DNA from: a virus
Lineage: Duplodnaviria > Caudoviricetes
Strand: one strand, 5' to 3'
Virus record (IMG/VR): IMGVR_UViG_3300005739_000025
DNA length: 64,000 nt
Position numbers and translations under genes: made by a program. Of this stretch, positions 46,300 through 54,554 are shown piece after piece (positions within the stretch are counted from its first letter, which is position 1; the number at the start of each line of letters is the position of its first letter). Below the pieces are notes generated by a model. It was not told the origin of the DNA and did not search any database. It saw only the letters and a list, made by a program, of their open reading frames with translations.

Positions 46300-46434
46300 A
46301 TGGCTAAAAATAAAATTGTAGGCGATTGGGGTGCATGGAGTGCTGGTAATAAGCAGACAGCGGCTAGCCTTAGAAAAGTTGGTATTAAAGCTCGTGCGCG
46401 AAGGTCTGACGCTGGTAAAAAGAGAAAGCCTTAA
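46300..46434 (+). CDS. 44-aa basic RSDAG-motif peptide 2
   Basis: MAKNK...RARRSDAGKKRKP. Confidence 0.7.
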   Translation: MAKNKIVGDWGAWSAGNKQTAASLRKVGIKARARRSDAGKKRKP

Positions 46435-46435
46435 T

Positions 46436-46573
46436 ATGATTATTCAAGCCTGGGGACATAAAAACGCATCTAAAAATGCCGCAAAACAAGCTAGAGCATT
46501 TGGTTATAAGGCGCGTGCAAAAAGATCTGATGCAGGTTACAAGCGCATGCGCAAGCCTAGACCGCCAAAATAA
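46436..46573 (+). CDS. 45-aa basic RSDAG-motif peptide 3
   Basis: MIIQAWG...RAKRSDAGYKRMRKP. Confidence 0.7.
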   Translation: MIIQAWGHKNASKNAAKQARAFGYKARAKRSDAGYKRMRKPRPPK

Positions 46574-46579
46574 AATTAC

Positions 46580-46652
46580 GGCCTTGTAGCTCAATGGTTA
46601 GAGCAGTCGGCTCATAATCGATTGGTTGTAGGTTCGAATCCTACCGGGGCCA
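46580..46652 (+). tRNA. trnI: tRNA-Ile2(CAT) (lysidine type; Met not excluded)
   Basis: GGCCTTG/CGGGGCC-A body resembling ileX, loop CTCATAA. Confidence 0.85.
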
Positions 46653-46656
46653 CAAT

Positions 46657-46777
46657 TTGGCTAGGCGCATGCTCCAAAGGATCCAAATGCTACGGAGACT
46701 CCCGCGCTAGAGACGATGCAATGTTTGCGCAAACAACATCTAATTCTAGAGGAAGGAACTTAAGACCTTCTAGCCAA
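46657..46777 (+). ncRNA. Unassigned structured RNA
   Basis: TTGGCTAG/CTAGCCAA enclosing GCAT/ATGC, TGTTTG/CAAACA and GAAGG/CCTTC stems. Confidence 0.5.
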
Positions 46778-46783
46778 TATTTT

Positions 46784-46857
46784 TTCTTACTTGCATACTC
46801 GGGGTCTTCCATGTAATATTGGAGCTAGTCTAACCCATAAGGTGTTGCAAGTAAGAA
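46784..46857 (+). ncRNA. Unassigned structured RNA
   Basis: Perfect 12-bp TTCTTACTTGCA/TGCAAGTAAGAA closing stem. Confidence 0.45.
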
Positions 46858-46868
46858 CTTTTTTCGTA

Positions 46869-46940
46869 GGGTCGGTAGCTTAATGGTAAAGCAGCTGGCT
46901 TTTAACCAGTTGAGTGCGAGTTCGACTCTCGCCCGACCCA
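46869..46940 (+). tRNA. trnK: tRNA-Lys(TTT)
   Basis: GGGTCGG/CCGACCC, loop CTTTTAA. Confidence 0.93.
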
Positions 46941-46983
46941 TACCAATATCCATATAAGGCACTACTTAAGAATAAATAATAGT

Positions 46984-47400
46984 ATGAAACTTCATAATAA
47001 ACAAAAAGGTAATATAGGAGAAGCTGCTACTGCTCTTTTTTTGCTCAAAAAAGGCTACCCAGTGTTTAAAGAGCTAGGAGATTTATCTAAAGTAGATTTG
47101 TTGACAATTATTAATAACAGATGTTATAAAATACAAGTTAAAAATGCATCACGCGAAACTAACAAAGGTTCATTTACTTTTAATACTATTAAATATGGAC
47201 CAAATTATTCTTACAAATATAAAAAAGAAGATGTAGATATTTTTGCAGTCTATATTTCAACCATAGATGAATTAGTATTTTTGGGTTGGGGTGATTTAAA
47301 AAATGATACCCTTAATATTAGATATAAAAAAAGCTTGAACAACCAAAGTAAAAATATAAACTGGTATGAAGATTTTAAAAATTTTGATAGATTAATTTAA
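46984..47400 (+). CDS. PD-(D/E)XK homing-type endonuclease (PDDEXK_5-like)
   Basis: KGNIGE...VDL...YKIQVK...YKKEDVDIFAVY. Confidence 0.8.
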   Translation: MKLHNKQKGNIGEAATALFLLKKGYPVFKELGDLSKVDLLTIINNRCYKIQVKNASRETNKGSFTFNTIKYGPNYSYKYKKEDVDIFAVYISTIDELVFLGWGDLKNDTLNIRYKKSLNNQSKNINWYEDFKNFDRLI

Positions 47401-47435
47401 GGTATTGGTTCTGGGTTCGAGTCCCACCCGTTCCA
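47396..47435 (+). pseudogene. Orphan 3' half of a tRNA (anticodon to acceptor)
   Basis: TTTAA-GGTAT-TGGTT-CTGGG-TTCGAGT-CCCAC-CCGTTCC-A. Confidence 0.7.
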
Positions 47436-47446
47436 TAAATATTCAT

Positions 47447-47839
47447 ATGCCAGTTTGTACATCTTTTGATTTTATATCAGTAAAAAGCGCAGGACAAGGA
47501 TTGTTTAATGGATACTATGTTCCTATTTCCGGATTTAAAACTACAGAAGATGGGCTAGAGAGATATAGTCATTATGTTTTAAATTTCTTTCAAAATGAAG
47601 GATATCCTAGATTAGAAGTAACAAATTTATCAGGTACACACTATGTGTGGGCTTTAAAATCTGACCCATCTACAATAGTTTATAGAACAAATGCAGTTAC
47701 AACTTCTACAACTATTTCCCAATGTCCTAATGGTCTAACCTGGATGTGGGGCCCCAATACTTCTTCAGGTTCGATACCTTCCTCTTCAGGTAAAACAAAT
47801 AAAAGTATTGCAGCAGAAATGGCAGCTCTCATTTCTTAG
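47447..47839 (+). CDS. Hypothetical late protein
   Basis: Start reassigned to ATG 47447 behind CATAAATA. Confidence 0.55.
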   Translation: MPVCTSFDFISVKSAGQGLFNGYYVPISGFKTTEDGLERYSHYVLNFFQNEGYPRLEVTNLSGTHYVWALKSDPSTIVYRTNAVTTSTTISQCPNGLTWMWGPNTSSGSIPSSSGKTNKSIAAEMAALIS

Positions 47840-47873
47840 TTGATAAAATACCAATTTCTTTTAAACTAATTTT

Positions 47874-48158
47874 ATGATTTATGAAAATTATGGCATTGTT
47901 AGAACTGATGCCCCAGATCAACAGCTTATCAATTTAATTGAGTCCATGAGCAAATGTGTTAGAGAGACCGAAGGACACTTTTCTTACAGCAGATGGAATA
48001 GACTCGTGGAGATTTATTATTATCTTAGATATGGTCTTTATGGAGATGCATGGATTAAGATTAATGATTTAAGAGATGACTTAAGATGGAGAATTCCCGA
48101 GGACGTCTATCACACATTAAAAGACATTTGCAAGGGAATGAATGTTCGAATAGCATAA
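47874..48158 (+). CDS. Hypothetical protein
   Basis: 94-aa ORF. Confidence 0.55.
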   Translation: MIYENYGIVRTDAPDQQLINLIESMSKCVRETEGHFSYSRWNRLVEIYYYLRYGLYGDAWIKINDLRDDLRWRIPEDVYHTLKDICKGMNVRIA

Positions 48159-48164
48159 TTTAAA

Positions 48165-48239
48165 ACCTAGGTAGCTCAATGGTAGAGCTAGCGGCTGTTA
48201 ACCGCTCGGTTGTAGGTTCGAATCCTACCCTAGGTGCCA
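48165..48239 (+). tRNA. trnN: tRNA-Asn(GTT)
   Basis: AGCGG-CTGTTAA-CCGCT, G-CCA end. Confidence 0.93.
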
Positions 48240-48243
48240 TTAC

Positions 48244-48319
48244 GCGTTGGTAGCTCAGTGGATAGAGCAGTAGCCTTCTAAGCTATTGGTCGCAGGTTCG
48301 ATCCCTGCCCGACGCGCCA
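48244..48319 (+). tRNA. trnR: tRNA-Arg(TCT)
   Basis: GTAGC-CTTCTAA-GCTAT, G-CCA end. Confidence 0.95.
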
Positions 48320-48723
48320 TTTTTACTTGCTCTTTAATGAAGAGCTTATAAACTAAAATATATGAATAAATTAATTACCTTTCCAGATGAAAGCAAGTTT
48401 GAACTTATTTTTTGCGTGGAACATCCCAATCAATCGTTTCATGTTAAATATAAAGATAACAATATAGTTCAAGAGCTATTTGTTCCAAAAGATTTTATTT
48501 CTAATGAAAAGTAATTGGAAGGATATTAATATAGGAGACTTTTTTATTCCTGATTTAGTCTTAAACGGAGATACATTTTTGTATCAAAAGATTGACGAAC
48601 AAAAGCATAATGGCTATAATTGTATTTTGTTAAATACCGGGGAGCTTTGCAATATTTTTATTAATCCAACCTTACAAGAGCATTTTGTTAAAGTCGAAGT
48701 AACATTTAATTTAAGGGAGTTTA

Positions 48724-48870
48724 ATGGCTAGTAGAATAATTAAAGGATCAAATCATAGATACGAGACTGCTTCGTGGCTTAGAAAGCAAATCAATGCTGG
48801 TGTACCTAAGGGTTGTAAGATAAAGTTTAGAGCACAACGCAAAGACGCAGGTACCAAGCGAAGTAAATAA
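48724..48870 (+). CDS. 48-aa basic RKDAG-motif peptide 4
   Basis: MASRIIKG...RAQRKDAGTKRSK. Confidence 0.65.
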   Translation: MASRIIKGSNHRYETASWLRKQINAGVPKGCKIKFRAQRKDAGTKRSK

Positions 48871-48876
48871 TATTAC

Positions 48877-48948
48877 GTCGCCATCGTCTAACGGTTAGGA
48901 CACATGGTTTTCATCCATGCAATCGGAGTTCGATTCTCCGTGGCGATG
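48877..48948 (+). tRNA. trnE: tRNA-Glu(TTC)
   Basis: CATGG-TTTTCAT-CCATG. Confidence 0.93.
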
Positions 48949-48992
48949 CTTATAGCTTGCACTATTCTTATCATATATTAAAATACTGGTCT

Positions 48993-49532
48993 ATGATTAA
49001 GAACATTATATATAGTGTTTTGGCAGCTGTAGCTATGGTTACCGTAGCTGTTGCCGGAACTGATTACAAAAAGAATGTTATTGAGGAAGACTGTAACTTT
49101 CGCAATAACGAGTGGCAAATTGATGCATATGGTGCTGGTGCCTTCTATAAGAACGGCCGTCCCGGTTGGGGTGGAGGAATCGGTGTTAACTATATCTTTG
49201 CCCGGTACTTTGGTATCGGAGTCGAGCAAGATTTAGTTGGACGTAATAGTACTGGTTCTAGTGCTTATGCTGAATGGGCTACCCTTGGTAACCTATTCCT
49301 CCGTTATCCAATCTGTTCTTTCAATCTCGCCCCCTACGCGATGGTAGGTGGGGGCGCGATTTACGGAACAAACAAAGGTATCGGCGTTGGGACAGTCGGT
49401 GGAGGCCTTGAGTGGCGCTTTGATGAAAACATTAGTGTTTTCTCAGACGCTCGTTGGCTTTATACCGGCAATGGAAACAACGACCACAGCGGTGCTATTC
49501 TTGGTCGCGCTGGTGTTCGCGTTGCATTCTAA
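48993..49532 (+). CDS. Outer-membrane beta-barrel protein (Verrucomicrobia-style)
   Basis: Signal peptide, AGTDYKK, alternating beta strands, C-terminal GVRVAF. Confidence 0.8.
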   Translation: MIKNIIYSVLAAVAMVTVAVAGTDYKKNVIEEDCNFRNNEWQIDAYGAGAFYKNGRPGWGGGIGVNYIFARYFGIGVEQDLVGRNSTGSSAYAEWATLGNLFLRYPICSFNLAPYAMVGGGAIYGTNKGIGVGTVGGGLEWRFDENISVFSDARWLYTGNGNNDHSGAILGRAGVRVAF

Positions 49533-49549
49533 TTAAATAGAAAAACAAG

Positions 49550-49581
49550 TTAAGAGCCAGTCGAAAGACTGGCTCTTTTTT
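49550..49581. terminator. Bidirectional intrinsic terminator
   Basis: AAGAGCCAGTC-GAAA-GACTGGCTCTT followed by a T-tract, between convergent genes. Confidence 0.9.
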
Positions 49582-49820
49582 TACCAAAAATATATTTCGT
49601 AAGAAGATTCGTAATAAGATGGTTTATCTGGAACTAATTTATCAAAGTTAACTTTATTTCTTATTTTATAATCGTAGTCATTTATTTTTCCTTTATAAGT
49701 TAAGACTAATTCATTCTTATGACTCTCTCTATCTCCTTGCTTTTCATAAGCATAATTACCTGACACGGTACACCCAGTTAAAAATACAACTAAAACTATT
49801 TGCATTAACTTTAAATGCAT
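49581..49820 (-). CDS. Small lipoprotein
   Basis: Lipobox FLTGC. Confidence 0.55.
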   Translation of the reverse strand: MHLKLMQIVLVVFLTGCTVSGNYAYEKQGDRESHKNELVLTYKGKINDYDYKIRNKVNFDKLVPDKPSYYESSYEIYFW

Positions 49821-49833
49821 CTATAATGTATTT

Positions 49834-50226
49834 ATGAACGCTAAACACCAATTCAAATACACTTTTTCAGAATCTAATATGGAAGAATTCTCTCCTGTTG
49901 AGATTACATTTGAAGTTCCAGGAGATATTACAATTCCGCAGATGTTATATAACTTCGAATCATATCTTAAAGCCTGCGGTTTTTATTTTGATGGTCATTT
50001 AGAAATTGTTGATGAGACTTTAAATAATATCGATATAGCCGATGAAGTGTATGGCTATGTGGCTGACTTTGACAAAGAGTGTGGTTGTAAGACTACTTCT
50101 AGTCCTTTAGAGAAGTTTAACGAGGATCTATCTAAGCTTGAAAAAGAAGTAAAGAAAAATAAATGGGTACACGGTATTTGTAACCCTCCTTCATCTGATT
50201 GGAAAGTAACAAATAATGGAATATAG
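49834..50226 (+). CDS. Hypothetical phage protein
   Basis: FESYLKACGFYFDG motif. Confidence 0.55.
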   Translation: MNAKHQFKYTFSESNMEEFSPVEITFEVPGDITIPQMLYNFESYLKACGFYFDGHLEIVDETLNNIDIADEVYGYVADFDKECGCKTTSSPLEKFNEDLSKLEKEVKKNKWVHGICNPPSSDWKVTNNGI

Positions 50227-50709
50227 AATTAAAGAAGAAAAAGTTAACGGACAATTATACTTCTATCCTCAATGGAAGAAAAGATGGTTTTGGCGTAGAT
50301 TTGTATGGTGGGGAGGGGAAGATGGAACTACTCCCCATACAGCCTTTTATAGAGATATGGCTGGTGCTTTGAGAGAGATAGCTGAAGATAAAGAAAATAG
50401 AAAGAAAAAAGCTATGGAAACGCCAAATAAACCGATTTATCATTATATACAATAATAAACCATGATTACAAATAAACATTTTACAAAATTTAAAGAACAC
50501 CCAGAGGATAGAATTTATAGAGATAGAGAATTTATTAAAAGGTTAAATAATTATATTCATTCTGTATTTGATTTACTGGCATATGATTTAAGACTAAACG
50601 AAGAAGGTAAAGACTTCTTGTTTGATTATGTCTTTAATGAAGAAGCAGATATTGATTTTAGTGATTTTTTAAGAAAGTATAAAAGAAAGTATAGCGACTT
50701 TTATAAAAA

Positions 50710-51708
50710 TTAATCGTATCTAAATCTTATAGCTGCAATACCGTTTTGCCCATTATGAGGGCCATTATTTAAACCACTTCTCCAACCATTACCCCCACTT
50801 CCAGGAGCTGACGAACCCCCAGTTACATCACTTCCATAACCTCCTTGACAGATATAGCCTATTAAGCTACTATTTATTCCCGATCTAGGATTATAAGGAG
50901 CTCCCTCAAAGCCTCCAGGACCCCCTCCCCCTCCAGCCCATTGAGCTGAAGGGCTTGAAGTCGCTCCCCCACCTCTTCCTTCCCTTCCAGGAGAATTTCC
51001 CTCAGCTCCCCCTCCTCCATAATTACCTGAGGATCTACCCCCTCCTCCCCCGGACCCACCCCCTGTTCCTGAATTTCCGTTTTGCCCAGGTCTAACTGCA
51101 TTATCAGAAGATCCTCCTCCCCCACCTCCCCCTGCTGTTATTGAACCTCTAGAAGGGTTAGAAGTTATAAGAAAGGTTGTTTCACCCATAGACCCCCTAA
51201 CACTTTGACTTGTAGCTCTAGCCCCCCCTCTTCCGACATCAAATCTCCAAGTTTCTCCTGTAAAAGTTCGCCCTATATTACTTTCTACATACCCCCCGGC
51301 ACCCCCTCCACCACCATCCGTAGAAATTGTATTTCCTCTTCCTCCGCCCCCGCCTCCTGCGACTATTAAATAATCTATTTGTGTAAAACCTGTAATACCT
51401 GGATCTACAATTAATACATTACCTGAGCCAAATCCTGTATTACCAAATCTTACTGTTCTTCTTCCTGTGTTGCCAGCATTAGGATCCAAACCAGAGTCAG
51501 ATTCACTTGTTGATCCGGAATAGGATATTGTAGGGCATTTTGATTTACCAGCTAAATCACTTATTTTTATTGTTGTATCTGCTGTTGTTTTTCTTCCCAA
51601 TTCTCTAAATAAAGACTCATTAAAGTTCGCTTGAGCGTTTGATGTTCTGCCCAGATACGAATTAATCATAGACATTGATATAGGAACATTTGTATTAGGT
51701 AATGGCAT
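50710..51708 (-). CDS. Glycine-rich tail/receptor-binding-like protein
   Basis: Start reassigned to 51708 (MPLP...ISMS); YLIVAGGGGGG...GGGGAGG; GIAAIRF end. Confidence 0.7.
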   Translation of the reverse strand: MPLPNTNVPISMSMINSYLGRTSNAQANFNESLFRELGRKTTADTTIKISDLAGKSKCPTISYSGSTSESDSGLDPNAGNTGRRTVRFGNTGFGSGNVLIVDPGITGFTQIDYLIVAGGGGGGRGNTISTDGGGGGAGGYVESNIGRTFTGETWRFDVGRGGARATSQSVRGSMGETTFLITSNPSRGSITAGGGGGGGSSDNAVRPGQNGNSGTGGGSGGGGGRSSGNYGGGGAEGNSPGREGRGGGATSSPSAQWAGGGGGPGGFEGAPYNPRSGINSSLIGYICQGGYGSDVTGGSSAPGSGGNGWRSGLNNGPHNGQNGIAAIRFRYD

Positions 51709-51716
51709 AAAAGTAT

Positions 51717-52094
51717 TTATTTGATCCAACTAGCATCAAACACTTTCTCTCTCCCCTCTCGAATTGAATGAGAGAGTTGAGCTATTGAAGTAACATTATT
51801 TGTATATGCTCTTATTCTCCAAGATCCCATATTATCATAGGTAAAGAGCTGATTTTTTCCTGGAGGGTATAGATAGGCCACCATGGCATGTCCTCTTAAT
51901 TTACCTGTATCATTATCTTTCCAGGAATATCTAAATACTTCAGACCAAACACCATATTTGTTTAATGATTGTTTAAAAATAATGGCTGTAGGCAAGCAGG
52001 CATTTACTTCTCTCTCCATCCAATATTCGGGATTTTGGGGTGTAGTTTCGCATCCCGTTAACGCTAGAAGAATAAAAACCACCAAAATTTTCAT
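51717..52094 (-). CDS. Lipoprotein with Cys-His motif, similar to 24700-25113
   Basis: LTGC lipobox; NACLP...GHAMV...TYD. Confidence 0.55.
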   Translation of the reverse strand: MKILVVFILLALTGCETTPQNPEYWMEREVNACLPTAIIFKQSLNKYGVWSEVFRYSWKDNDTGKLRGHAMVAYLYPPGKNQLFTYDNMGSWRIRAYTNNVTSIAQLSHSIREGREKVFDASWIK

Positions 52095-52587
52095 AAAAAG
52101 TATTTATCGGAGTATAAATAAAAAAACATGATACTTGTAATATCTTGTTTAATTAGTTTTAGTATTGGCTTTTGTATAGGAAGAAAAAGCTTAAAGCTTA
52201 TTTTCTAGTTGCTTTATATGAAAAGATTTCTATACTTAAAGTATGGATATATCTTTCATGGTTTTAATTTTTACATCGCTCGTAGTTGTAGCAACATGTT
52301 CTTATTGGTGGGGTCACTTTTCAGCAGCAAAATGCAAAAAAAAGAAAAAATCAAAAAAGAAGAAAAAGTAGAAAATTTTTCTGTTAAAACTTTAATTCTT
52401 TTATCTACTCGTCTAGATGAGATAGTAGGTAAGTCTGAACTTATTAATGAGTTACTAGAAGAAGAAGATGACCCTAGACTAATAAAGCTTTTAGATAAAA
52501 AACTTACAAAGTTAGAAAACGAATTAGAATATATAGGAAACAAGATTAGAATAGAGCAAGAGATCATTAAAAACTCTAAATAATCTG

Positions 52588-53169
52588 ATGGAACAAGATC
52601 CTATAACAGGGTTAAAATATAAATTTGTAAAACCTAGCGAGTTCAATTACGCTTATCATGTAGCTGGATCTTTATTTTATAAGATATCAAAAGCGCCAGG
52701 CAATAACACATTTGTTTCTTTTAATGAAGTGCACCCCTCTAGAGATAAAGAATTGCAAGATATATTAAGAAAAGATTTAGGTTACGGTATTCATACAAAA
52801 GGGTTTAATACAACTAATCTTGGAGCTCAAGAGATTAAATCATTGGAAAATTCTAAAGACTGGAACAACTATTATGTAAAGAGTACTCAAGATCTAATAG
52901 ATAAAGGTTTTTTATCTAAAACAAATTATAAAAACCATGGGTGGTCTATTGTGTATCCAGATACCATTCAGACTATTGCACCTTCTGCTCCACCTTGGGT
53001 TAAGGATAAATTAAACATTCTAAAACAAGCTAGTAAAACAAAAATTAATAGAAATATTCTTTCAATGTTTTTAGAGCGTTTATGCGAATTTATGATGCTT
53101 CATGAAGCATGGACTAATTTAAGACCTAAAACGAAAGAAGTGTTTAAAGACATTTTATCTGAGCTATGA
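52588..53169 (+). CDS. Hypothetical protein with shared C-terminal tag
   Basis: ends LRPKTKEVFKDILSEL. Confidence 0.7.
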   Translation: MEQDPITGLKYKFVKPSEFNYAYHVAGSLFYKISKAPGNNTFVSFNEVHPSRDKELQDILRKDLGYGIHTKGFNTTNLGAQEIKSLENSKDWNNYYVKSTQDLIDKGFLSKTNYKNHGWSIVYPDTIQTIAPSAPPWVKDKLNILKQASKTKINRNILSMFLERLCEFMMLHEAWTNLRPKTKEVFKDILSEL

Positions 53170-53579
53170 AACAGAAAGCGCCAAAGATGGAACTTATTCC
53201 AATTACGTCTGAGAACTACGAAAGAGTTTCTTGGCCAGCGCCTCATGGTACATCTTTTAAATTAACAAAAGATAAAAAATATGGAGTTACAAAGTTTACA
53301 GAGATGGGTCCTCTCGGTAAAGATTATATGCTAAAAAACGGGTACAGAAGAATATATTACTTTGATGGAGATGATGTATTAAAGTACTATGTCTATAATT
53401 CTATTCCCCTACCCCACCCCATTGATGCTAAAACAATGTATGAAATTGTTGATAAAAATACCGTTCCTAAAGCTTTAAGAAACGAAATTATGATTGCGTA
53501 TGTTATAGATAACTTAGGAAGACTTCTAAAGCCTAAAACTAGAGAGCATTTTGGGGATATTTTTAGCGAATTATCTTGA
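53166..53579 (+). CDS. Hypothetical protein with shared C-terminal tag
   Basis: ends LKPKTREHFGDIFSELS. Confidence 0.7.
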   Translation: MKQKAPKMELIPITSENYERVSWPAPHGTSFKLTKDKKYGVTKFTEMGPLGKDYMLKNGYRRIYYFDGDDVLKYYVYNSIPLPHPIDAKTMYEIVDKNTVPKALRNEIMIAYVIDNLGRLLKPKTREHFGDIFSELS

Positions 53580-54554
53580 CTAAATTCTGGGTTCCTTCAT
53601 AATAGGCACAATGAAAGATTACCTTTTATTGTTTATTGAATGTGTCTACCATCTTTTTAATGATAATAGACCCTTTAAAAAGAAAATTGAGCCATCATTA
53701 TTGGCAGAAAATATCTCATGGTTTAATAATTGTTCTTGGATCGAACAATTGATTGCATTTAAACAAATTTCCCGTTATTATACTTTTAAATGACATACGA
53801 AGAACAAATAGAACAGGTGCAAAGCGCTCTCAATTATCTCATTGCAGAGGGTATTGCTGTAGAAGATGGAAAAGGTCTCTATAGGCTTAAAACTGATAAA
53901 GAACTTAAACTAGAAATAGAGAGTCTTATTAATGAGTAATAAAGAAAAGATTATTAGAATTGGTACCTGGTTAACTATTTTTACTTTTTCTGTTGCCTTT
54001 TGGGTAGTTATAACTTATTATTCTTATCACTTTGTAAGAAATCTTATAATGTCTAACTAATATGAATAAAGAAACAATCGATTTGTTCAAACAATACGTG
54101 GTAGCAACATTAGATGAGCCTAACGGTATTTCTAAAGAAGCATATTCTTCGCTAATTAACCTTATGCAAGTTAATAGAGATTTTGCTCAAGAAATGCATG
54201 ATGTTGTAGATAAAATTGACTCACATGATAATAGATACTTCCTATTGGAAGATAACGAAGAGGAGTTTTCTTACGAGGAATGATCAAGCTTTCAAATATT
54301 AATGAGGTAGCAGATAAGCTAAAAGAACTTAAAGAGGCTGTTGCTGTTTGCCAGAAAATAGAAGATCAAGTTTCGTGGGCTTGTGACTTTACAACTTATA
54401 GAACTATATCTGATGCCTTAGAGCCTATTTATGAGGCTGTAGATAGTGCAAAAGATTCAATTAATCAAGAAATAAATTATATTGAAGATCGTTTAGAAGA
54501 TTACAAGTGCAAACTTGATATTTTTGAACACGAAAATAAGATAGAAGTAAACGA

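Noticed and set aside
46869-47435. Intact intron-split tRNA around the endonuclease
   Set aside because: The tRNA-Lys upstream is already complete, and its anticodon 5' strand (GCTGG) cannot pair with the orphan 3' strand (GGTAT)
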